Assembly (NCBI GenBank): GCA_049999805.1
Contig: JBNGIO010006195.1
Location: 1-36,526 of the forward strand
DNA from: Folioceros fuciformis
Taxonomy: Eukaryota
Direction of reading: 5' to 3'
Length of the DNA stretch: 36,526 nt
The notes beneath the pieces are model-generated. The model was not told the origin of the DNA. It saw nothing but the letters and a program-made list of their open reading frames with translations, and ran no database searches. Both the position numbers and the translations under genes were made by a program. Position 1 is the stretch's first letter, and each line of letters opens with the position of its first letter. Positions 11,950-22,024 of this stretch are shown here, one piece after another.

Positions 11950-12790
11950 GTCTTATTTTGCACATCTCACCATTCCACAAAAGAAACTGAGGCTAGTGGT
12001 TGCGTCGTCTTCTGAACTATAACCAGCGGGGCTGAGGGAGGACGGAGTCTTTCCAGCTACTATCCTTGGATGTGTAGATTCTGACAGTCGGCCTGAACAA
12101 TTCCATGACGGTGAAGTGCCCGTTTTTTGCCAGGGGTTCACTCCTTCCAGTGAGGTAAGCGGGAGCTGCTGGTAGAAACCCTGCACACACAGCAAAGGTG
12201 AGAGAGCGACGTTCGTGGTTGACTGTAGCCACAGGCCGGCAAGTGCAACACCCTGGTAAACACAGCCGGATTCAGCTAGAAGCAGAGGCAGGGGATGAGC
12301 AGGAAGGAGGTGGAAGGCGTAGCAAGGGACACAAGCGTTGCGTTGCCGAAGCCATCGCTAGGCAGGCAGTTATCGCAACCTAGTACCGAAACCAGCACCA
12401 GATTCTTTGCCAGTGGACTGGATACCTCTGAATCTGTCTGAGAGGCGCACCACGGCTGCTGCCACCCGCCACTGGCAAACACTTGGGACTGAAGGCTGGC
12501 AAGCCGTTTTCACGCCGGAATGACCGTAAAGCTCAGATTGTGAGCCCGTCAGACGGCAACCCCATTTCGCGGAACACGAAATTGGCCAACAATATCATAA
12601 AGAAACAGGGGCCTTCGAAGATTCTGGATTCGTTGTGTTCGGAAAGCCAGAAGGTTCGCGAAGGGAACTGAACTGCACTAGCGCTTCCAACTTCGAGAAG
12701 TAGGTAGAAATGTAGGAGCAGCCCGCGCGTGAAGGCTCCAGAACATGCCGCCCGGCCTTCTTAACCTGCGCAACTCTTCCAGCACGGCAT
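11950..12790 (-). pseudogene. Decayed F-box family relic, antisense to the sHSP upstream region (copy 2)
   Basis: ORF 12017-12232 contains GHFTVM...VRIYTSKDSSWK, matching HFNII...IRIYSSKDNSWK of the 3760 fragment. Confidence 0.55.
12649..12700 (+). promoter_or_regulatory. Heat-shock elements upstream of sHSP copy 2
   Basis: A perfect three-unit HSE aGAAggTTCgcGAAg lies at 12649-12663, with cTTCgaGAAg at 12691-12700. An extra GAAgaTTC lies just upstream at ~12617. Confidence 0.78.
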
Positions 12791-12920
12791 ATTGGATTTG
12801 AACCGGTTGCGGACAAGTTTTACAAGCGGCCAAGTCCAAAACTACTCCCTCTGTGCGCAATCCCAGCAAGTCTCTCCCTCACGAGATCTCTTGTCGTCGT
12901 CCGGTGAATTGCTACAACGG

Positions 12921-13518
12921 ATGGCGTTGGCTCCTTTCTTCGCAAGCTTAGGCAATGACAGCGCATGGGAGCCCGTGTCTATCGACCGACTGTTCGATCC
13001 CTTCGAGCACTTCGGACGGGCGGAAAGGACACCCGCTCGCTCTTTCGCTAGGGATGCGTCTGCGGTAGCTAGCACCAGGGTCGATTGGAAGGAAACGCCA
13101 ACTACTCACGTTCTCAAGGCCGATTTGCCTGGTAAGCATTCCTGTCCGCGAAAGCACGATCCGCTTGAAAGTCTTATTTGGATGCGCGATGGACTTGTGG
13201 ATGTCCCGTTGGTGACACTAGCCTTGCTTCCAATTCTTGGCAGGTTTGAAGAAAGAAGAGGTGAAGGTGGAAGTGGAGGATGGCAATGTACTGAAGATCA
13301 GCGGAGAGCGCCGCAAGGAAGAGGTGCAGGAAACGGACAAGTGGCACCATGTGGAGCGCTCTTACGGCCAGTTCCTTCGGAAGTTTCGGCTTCCCAAGAA
13401 CGTGAAGCTCGATCAGATTACAGCCAGTGTGGAGAACGGCGTCCTCACTGTCACCGTACCAAAGGTTGAGGAGAAGAAACCTGGAATTCGACGCATTGAT
13501 GTGACGTGGGCCGAATGA
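12921..13518 (+). CDS. Small heat-shock protein (class I-like), 161 aa; exons 12921-13131 and 13244-13518
   Basis: Near-identical paralog of 10846-11443, with the same 112-nt intron (GTAAGC...TGGCAG) in the DLPG codon. Confidence 0.95.
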
Positions 13519-14149
13519 ATTATATGAAGAGGTAGCCGATGGAAGAGAACTCTCATCCATTTGTAGCTACTAGCTGCAGGTGACGGAATGTTTGTCCCAG
13601 TGACGGAATGTTCCTCTGCGAATACGGCGCTCCAACTTTCTTCGTTTCGGAGTGCAACCGAGACTGATCGGAAGCGGATTTTGCGGAACTGCCTGTGTGG
13701 CCATTCGCATGTCCTATTTTAGCAGTCTTTGTGAAGTTTGCGAATAGAGTGCCCACTAGTCTTGTGATGAATCGAAAACCGTAGCGTTTTTATGCAACAT
13801 CGTGATATCCATCAGTGATGTGGACTTCAAATGTGAACAACCTCACTTTTTGGCCCTCTCCTTGCGTGATACACTCCCCTGCGACCCACTGATGCGAAAA
13901 AAACCTCTGACATGCGAAAGCGATGCAAAATTTCGATTCTTTGCGGTACTGTTGTCACCCTGACTTTGCATTCCAAGCGGGGTTGAGCATCAGTTTCGGT
14001 GAAAGTAAGGCGTAACACGGGTCGCAACCAACTTCCTGACATCAGGTGAGTGACACAAGAACTGCAAATTTTAGACGTGAACTTCAAACTGTAGACTTGA
14101 GTTCGGCAGGGATGTCGAGAATTGTGTCATGCGCAGCTTTGCAGAAAAT

Positions 14150-15620
14150 GTTATGGGCCCATTTCAGGGTCGGACTCGTCGCATTGTTCAGTGGCGAGAG
14201 TTTCCACTACACAGACTCAGCAGACCAAAGTAGGCTTCACGCGGAAGGCCTGCTCAACTTTCGGGAAATGGATTTCCAAACCCCATGTCCTGCTGCGTGT
14301 CTTGCGTGGGCGGTTGGCGGAACCGTTGGATCCACACGGCCTCGAGATAACGCCTTGTCTTTAGGGCAATCCGCCCGGGGAGGATCTGGAAACCCTGTAG
14401 AAGCTGCCTCCATCGTTTTCAGGATCTGGAAGTTCTTCTTGGCATGCTCAGGGTTCAACCTCTTATGAGATTCTATTGAGCCTCCACCTGCATTCCCGCT
14501 CTGTAGCCTGAAGTACAGGGCTGGTGAGCTGGCTCCTTTCAAGCCGTATCATAAAAGGCCGTCTGGAATCTGGGATTTGGAGGTTTTCTGGGTTGGCTTC
14601 TTTTTTCTGCCTCCCAAATTCCAGCTTTCCATTCCTCAAACTACTTTGGGGAAGACAAGTTGGTTTGCATGTTCAAGGTTGACTTCCAGAAGCTTGAGAG
14701 AACTGTGGCTGAAACTCAGCCACTTGAATGGTGTTAACTGGAGAAGATGGGATCACTATTATCGGGATTCTGATGAGCAGGAGTACGACGATTCATTCAA
14801 CCTTTAGAGGGGAACAGTGGTAGGAGCAGCAAGGAGGCAATAGGCACGGGTTTCTACATTTGCTGATTGTGATAGACCTGAGGTTGCAAATCAACGTCAC
14901 CATAAGTCTACAGCCCATTCTTGTCACTCTCCGATGGTAGATGGGGATGGGAAGGGAGCCCGGGGACTAGGAAGGGTATTTGTCCGCAGAGGATGAGATG
15001 ACAAATATGATTTGTAGTTGCAAGAAGGTACAATAGTGGGCATGAGTTTATTGCCATTCCTATCATGGAAACATTTGAAGGAAGTGACACCGAAGTTTGG
15101 CAATGAAGACGACTTTCATGAGTACCAAGCCTTCTAGAGTGGCCAGCTTGAGTTGGAAGAAAGCGGGCACTTCACCATCCTCGTGTTCTGTATGGGGAAA
15201 AAGATTTGAAGGAGAGTAGCACGAAAGGAAAGCCACCCCATAAGTCAGCCACTCTAGTGTGAACACTCTCTTGTGTTCATAGTGAGTGGGTAAACTGAGG
15301 AACCAAACATCTGCAGAATCTGTTTTCGGAAGGTGAGAAAGCCTGCACCTCCTCTGTCCGCTGGAAACCCCCACTAGGAGGTCATGGAGGGAGTGGGAGC
15401 TAACCAACGGACCCTATCCCGGGGTTGAAAGACGGTCATGTTGGGGAGCTTGAGCTTACACCTTCAGGGTTCTACTCTGGTTTATGGATTTCACATGGAG
15501 ACGCAATACTGGCTGATGGGTCAGGTGCCTCTCTACATTACATCACTGGAAAGACATCAGTATAGAAGGAGACTGGACATTTTGCTACAATTGTTGACCC
15601 GCAGCCTGGGATGCTATTGA
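14150..15620 (+). pseudogene. Decayed near-full-length F-box family gene
   Basis: CSTFGKWISKPHVLLRVLRGRLAEPLDPH (~14250-14337) matches CSKCKTWMGKPHFLLQVLHGRLAEPVDLH of the 2094 ORF. Also QLELEESGHFTILVFCM at ~15144 and LVYGFHMETQYW at ~15477. Many stops and frameshifts. Confidence 0.7.
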
Positions 15621-16756
15621 TGAGTTTGTCACTGCTGTTACGCAAGACCAAAGTTCGAGAGCATTTGCTCGGTGGAATAGAAGCAAATCGAAAAGCACAT
15701 CAGCTCATGTTTCTCGACGTGCACAGATTCATGGTCGTGGCTTTAATTGTGTAGCCCTACTTATCACAGGGAAAGGCAGTCGTAGATATGTCAGAGGAGC
15801 TGAGAGAAGTTGCAAGGACTTTTGTGGCTGCTACAGCGTTCTTGGATGCTCTCTCTATTGTCTCAGGGTCGGAAACCTATACTGAGTACGTCATGAGGAG
15901 TGGTATCTGGGTGCTTGGGGCAAGCATGTCTGTTCTGGGCTTGTCTCAGAAGGCCGTACATGTGCAAGGACATGGCTGGACATGGTCATGGTCATAAGCT
16001 TGACGGACATGGAAATGAGCTGTTTCGTATGCCCCGTCTAGCAACAGCTAAGAAGGCATCAACCGCACAATCTGCTGAAATCCTCATCCCTCGTGTCTTC
16101 CGACTGAAAATATGAAAGGAAAATTACGCCTGAAAAGAAACAAAGAATGTTAAGAGAGTTTACGTAGTACGTAAACTTCAAGCGTGTGCGCGAGGAGAGG
16201 ATCCGTGATTCCAGTTGTACTATCTTCATTCTTCGCCCAACTACCAGGCGCTTGCCATCCCATCCAGGCCTTGTGGATCCCATCAAAGGCGTAACCACGA
16301 TTAGTTCGTGGTTACGCATGTCAGGCTCTCGACGAAAGATGGCACACCCACTACATTACACCCACTGACCACCAGCCGCGCCTTCATCATGGCCTTAGAC
16401 TCCAAGGATTTGCCTTGGGCCACAGCAAGCAGAAACTCGACAGCAGAGCCAGGAACGATTTCATGGTGTCTGTCGAACGGAGACCCGGGCAAGGATGGGT
16501 ACGTTACACCAACCACTCCAGGTCCAGCCCGCATGCATACCCGGCACGGCATTCGATGGCTAGCTCCTTCAGCCCTGCTGCTCACTTCCTGCTCCAACAT
16601 ATTACATTCAAGACTTGCTGTGCAACCTGCTGAAGAAATAATCTGTCGCCTTGAGGTTCCTGTGGCCTTGCCTGGGCTTTGCATCAAGCTGCCTGACACC
16701 GCCGTCACTCTGATGTGCAGAGGCAGTCTCCCCTCCAGAAGCTGATCAAGAGCACT

Positions 16757-19524
16757 ATGAATGTGAGCCGACTTCCGTTCATGGTGACAGCCCTGGCCGC
16801 GCTCCTGCTCTCGCAAGCCCTTTTTGCCACAGTCGTCGGAGGAATCGAGCCAGGGGACGAGGCAGGGCGNNNNNNNNNNNNNNNNNNNNNNNNNNNNNNN
16901 NNNNNNNNNNNNNNNNNNNNNNNNNNNNNNNNNNNNNNNNNNNNNNNNNNNNNNNNNNNNNNNNNNNNNATCAGGAGCCGTTTTGTTGGGGAGATGGGAT
17001 CGAAGGGAGACTGGGAAGGGGGGCGAGACGAGAGTGGGTTCCATGGCTTTCAAGGATTCGCTTTTCTGAGACGTGGATTTGCGTCTCCGAGACGGGGATT
17101 TGCTGGACACCATAAGCACGGAGGACATCACCGGAACTGGATTCACCACCGGAGTCCACATTCACGCCGCAGGCGGCACGGGATCGTGAGGGACGTGCAC
17201 GTGGACGGCGCACCGTCCGCATTTTCTGTGATGGATTTCGGCGCTGCTGGCGATGGAGAGTCGGACGACACGCAGGCGAGTGTGGATGTTTGTGGTCATG
17301 GGTCGTTGCAATTCTTGCTCTCCAGCCTTCAGGGCCGGGGCTTTGATGAATTGTTTGAGCGTTGCAGGCGTTTGTGAGCGCCTGGGATATGGCTTGTCAA
17401 TGCGAGGGCGATGTTCTCCTGTCTGTTCCTGCCGGCGGGACGTTTGTGGTTGGCCCGAACCTCAACCTGGAGGGCTGGAATTGTTCATCAAGCATCACCC
17501 TCCAGGTCCCGGTCGAGCCCCTTTCACTGGCGCCGGCAGGATCGTTCCAAGAATTTCCACTCCACTTGCAAGCACAGCACGAAAGAATCGGGATTCCATC
17601 TCCTGACTGAGTTATGTGATGCTGCTCCAGGTGAATGGCGTCATTTCTGCTCCCCTGGATCCAGACGCGTGGAGCGCTGCTGGTGTGGATGCTGGGACAT
17701 GGATCAAGATTTCCCATGTGAGCGATTTCGTGCTTACTGGAACCGGTACCATCGACGGAAGCGGCCACAGTTGGTGGGCTCAGTCGTGTAAAAGAGTTCC
17801 CGACAATGTGAGCGAAACTTCACTTGATCGTCTACGGCTTAAGCATTGTTCATCAGCATTTACAATATCCTTTCAAAGGAAGAGTTACAAGGATGTAGGT
17901 ATCCCGCTGTGGGTCATGACAGCGGTGACTAATTCTTGGTGTGAATTTGGCATTTGATGATCTGGTGTAACAGCCTTGCCGGACTTCTCCCAAAGTAAGA
18001 GGAAATTTCTTGATCCTGAGACTCCTTGACAAATGGAAGCAGTGGACAGCGTAAAAAAAACGGTGGTGGACTACACTATGTAGATCTTGAATATATTTCG
18101 ATGATCATGCAGGCAGTGTTCATCACCGAGAGCTCGAATGTGGTGGTGAGCCAGCTCACGTTTCTCAACAGCCAGACTATGCATTTGGTCTTCCATTACT
18201 GCAACCAGGTGTTGGCCACCGGTCTCAACGTTTCAGCTCCCGAGATGTCTCCCAACACAGACGGAATTCACCTCCAAGAGACACCAAATGCTGTCGTCCA
18301 AGACTCTGTGATACGAACAGGTGATATTTCGCAACAAATAGCCAGCCAGGTCTATCGTTTTCACTCTCCTACCCCATTTCTTTTCCTTTGCAAGAAAGGG
18401 TGTGAAGAAAACCTCGGTCTCCTTTGCGGAGACTTCACGTCATCTTGGGCGGGTGGGTTTCAAGTTCAGGAGATGACTGCATCTCGATCCAGACCGGGTC
18501 CGACAACGTACTGATTCGGAATATCGTCTGCGGACCTGGGCACGGAATAAGGTATCAGAACAAACCGATCGAACAGAGTCATGAGCCTGGGTAAAATGCA
18601 TATGGGGGCCTGACCACAGTTATTCCGCGAGCAGGATTTACACCTACCGACGCCTACCGCAGGCAGTTACTAGAGCTGTTACAGGAGCAGTTCTTGGGCT
18701 GTTTGCTGTTGGTGCCCGGTGTTGTCGTGTCGTTACAGCCCGTGTCAAGCTGCCTTGCGTTTCCAGCCCCCCCTGCTGAATCCTGATGCATGCGCATGCA
18801 TGATGCAGTATCGGCGGCCTGGGCAAGGAAGACTCATATGCCCAAGTCTCCAACGTGCTGGTTCAGAATGTCACACTGTCAGGCTCCACCAACGGCCTCC
18901 GAATCAAGTCTTGGCAGGTACGCTCGTTTGCCAACGCATATGCATGTCTATTTGGGATATGTCATCCTATGCTGCCTACACGACCCGACATCCTGCCTGT
19001 TCACATGGTGTGGGATTCAGTTCATCGTAACTTTGGACCTGGGATGATGTGGATGGTACTCCTCACGCAGGGAGCCTCGGGATCCGTGAACAATGTGACA
19101 TACACCGCAGTGCACATGGTGAATGTGGCCAACCCCATCATCGTGGACCAGTACTACTGCGACTCCGAATCTCCGTGTCAAAACCAGGTGATGAATCTCA
19201 TCGCTTGCCTGCAGTGGGCATTTGTGGATGTTGCAGGCTTTCAGCCATGTGGGTGAGGAAGAGGAAGTGAATGAATTTGTGTCAGATTCACGACAGACAT
19301 CGGCCGTAAAGATCAGCAATGTTCTGTACAATCGTATTTGGGGCACATCAGCAACGGTTGTAGCTGTGAAACTCGCGTGCAGTGAAAGCGTGCCGTGCGA
19401 GAATGTTGTGTTGGAAAACATTGCCTTGACGATGGATGGAGGACAGGCTGCCTCTGCCTTTTGCCTAAGCGCTGCAGGAGCAAGCGTAGGTCAAGTGGAG
19501 CCTCCAAGTTGTTTGGCTGCCTGA
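16757..19524 (+). CDS. Polygalacturonase (GH28), secreted; exons 16757-17275 (spans N gap), 17368-17505, 17631-17807, 17974-17994, 18113-18320, 18470-18551, 18809-18917, 19071-19187, 19297-19524
   Basis: Signal-peptide-like N-terminus and motifs [57 protein letters not shown] and [10 protein letters not shown]. All splice phases are consistent. The start and exon 1 are uncertain because of the gap. Confidence 0.93.
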
Positions 19525-19624
19525 AGCCTCCCAGTCGCTGAGATGCCTGGGATGAAACCATCAGTCGCGTGTGTTCCCTGACTTGACATGTGTCAACAAA
19601 TGTGCAATCCCTTGCCAGCCCTGA

Positions 19625-19830
19625 GAACTTGCCATGTTGTCAGCATGGCAAAAGCCATCACGTACACACCTAGCAACAGCACACATGGGCAGCAAATACA
19701 AGACCTTGTTAGAACGTTATTCCAAGTTTGGCATCAATATAGACTCATCTCCAATGACTTAGTGAAGAAATGTCTTCTCGTTTTAGACGAACCACGACCT
19801 TATGACAAAATGGATAATGTCAGCTGACCA
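19625..19830 (-). pseudogene. Degenerate duplicate of the ArgJ-intron segment containing U35 snoRNA (snoRNA pseudogene)
   Basis: CTTGTTAGAACGTTATTCCAAGTTTGGCATCAATATAGACTCATCTCCAATGAC matches CTTGTCAGAACGTTATTCCAAAATTGGCATCAACATGGACTAATCTCTGATGAC at ~22734. Box D is CTAA instead of CTGA, and box C and the guide are decayed. Confidence 0.7.
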
Positions 19831-19870
19831 CAATCTTCAAATGCTCCCTTGGAGAGTATTGGAAGAGCAT

Positions 19871-20462
19871 TAGGAGGTTGGACCAACCTCAGCTGGAAAA
19901 CGGCACTCTATTATCAACACAACATTTGCTACATCATCAACACAACATTCACCTTCTTCGGACAATGACACTCTATCATCAAGAGAACATTCACCTCTTT
20001 GAGACTTCATAGACTTTGGACAATGACACTCTATCATCAACACAACATTCACCTACTTCTATGAAGTCTAAAGGAGGTGGAGGTGAATGTTCTGTTGATG
20101 ATAGAGTGTCATTGTCCAAAGGAGGTGAATGTTGTGTAGATGCTAGAGGGTTGATGCATAGGAGGTTGGACCAACCTCAGCTGGAAAACGGCACTCTATT
20201 ATCAACACAACATTAGCTCTATCATCAACACAACATTCAGCTCCTTTGGACAATGACACTCTATCATCAAAAGAACATTCACCTCCTTGAGACTTCATAG
20301 AAGTCTATGAAGTCTAACATCAACAATCTAGCATCATCAACCCTCTAGCATCTACACAGCATTCACCTCCTTTAGACTTCAAAGAAGTCTATGAAGTCTA
20401 ACATCAACAATCTACCATCATCAATCCTCTAGCATCTACACAACATTCACCTCCTTGAGATT
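19871..20462. repeat. Nested direct/inverted (fold-back) repeat
   Basis: 19871-20012 is repeated at 20159-20300, and an 84-bp period covers 20290-20460. The inverted segment 20059-20156 pairs with 20015-20054 and 20335-20373. The palindrome AGACTTCATAG-AAGT-CTATGAAGTCT is included. Confidence 0.9.
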
Positions 20463-22024
20463 TTAAAGAAGACAATAATTGAATAACTTGTTGGCTGATC
20501 ATGGGCCAAATTGCACTATTTTTTCTCAAAACAAAAATGCAGTCCCAACACATCAAATTTGTAGGAGGGTAAATACACATCCATGAGAACAAGATTAGAT
20601 GCTCTTATCAAAAAATTGCAATAATATGTAGAGTTAAAGTCATTTTGAATGTGGCTTGTCTAATTAACATAGATGAACTGCATTCATGGGTTTGGTGGTG
20701 TGTAAAATATGGATTACTCCTTAATCTAGTGCCATTGAAACTCATGCCTTTATATGACATTGAATCCAATATGTTTAAAAATAATATAATAAGCCCTTAG
20801 AATCAAGGGAAGATCGTCATGTCTTGGGACCCGTTTCATTTTGCCAAAGGTTTTTATTTGTTTGTAAAAATAAAATTGCCTTATGGTCATCAGGTTATGA
20901 CCATAAGGCAATTTGAAAACCGTGATAAAAATTGCAATAACTTGTTTTGACTCATTTATCAATAGAAACATAAAAGGATAAAGCTTGCATATGCTTATGA
21001 TTAGCTATTTATCAGTTTATCTCATATAAAGCAAAATAGGTAGTTTATTGCAAAAAGATGAGAAAACTCATCTATCATAATAAAGAGAAATATATTAAAA
21101 AAAACCCCACAAAGGTGATATAATATAATTATAGTCTTTAGATATATCTAGGGTTTAAAATAAAATTCACAATTCAGTTTCTCATGATAAACTTATTTTC
21201 TTTGTGAACCTACCATGTATAATAAACATTCAAAACCCACTCAAGGTAAAAATCAGCCAGCATATCATCATGAATATGCTATATCGTACTATCCGCACAT
21301 TATCATCTACTTGTCTGCATTCCTTAAATTTTAAAATTGCTTAAAGCTAATAATGCCAGAATGTAAGTCTATAGGCAAGCTTATAACTGCCAGAATGATT
21401 TAGTTTCAGACTGGGCTTCCTTTAATGTGTACATCGCATTATTGTCTTCCAAAATCAAATAAGGTAAAACCCTTGTGATACTTCCTAACATTTCAATAAC
21501 ACAGGCAATTACTGGGGTACAAAGAGAACCCAACGTCATCCCCTTCACCTTTTTCATTCCCTAAGCATTTTCGATCATTGAAATATCGTGAGTGACAAAC
21601 GGCAATAATTCGCATAACTCAGACTTGTCAGAAATCTAGGAAAGCTCTGCGGCCACTGGTGAATCCGAGCTTTTCATAGTTACGAGCGTCATCGTCCACC
21701 GTAAACTTCACGGGACAATATCCAATTGTAGGAGGGGCAGGCAAACACGATTCAACAACGAAAAAAAAAACGTCAGCACGACGCGGACTCGGTTGGCCCA
21801 CGAAATTCGACCGACGTCTCATTTTGATGGCTTACGTGAGAAGCTTTTGAGTTGGAGATGCACAAGATAGGTGATCTCATGGAACAACCATGGCGACCTT
21901 GCACGGGAATCTGAATGGACAGAACCATCGATAAAGCAAGGAGTCCAGGTGTACCAATTAAGCTTCAGTCTAGAGAGAAGGATTTTCGGAGTTTCACCAG
22001 TGCCCGTGTTTCTTCAGGGACTTC

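Larger units (their letters stand above)
10120..13815. repeat. Local tandem segmental duplication (~10120-11690 and ~12280-13815) containing the sHSP gene and its upstream region
   Basis: The sHSP exons and intron are offset by exactly 2075 nt. Flanks are shared, e.g. GCAGAGGCAGGGG(G)ATGAGCAGG at ~10123/~12282 and ATGCAACAT at ~11667/~13792. Confidence 0.9.

Noticed and set aside
12792-13469. 225-aa ORF overlapping sHSP copy 2
   Set aside because: It is exon 1 read through the intron into the wrong frame; the spliced model explains it.
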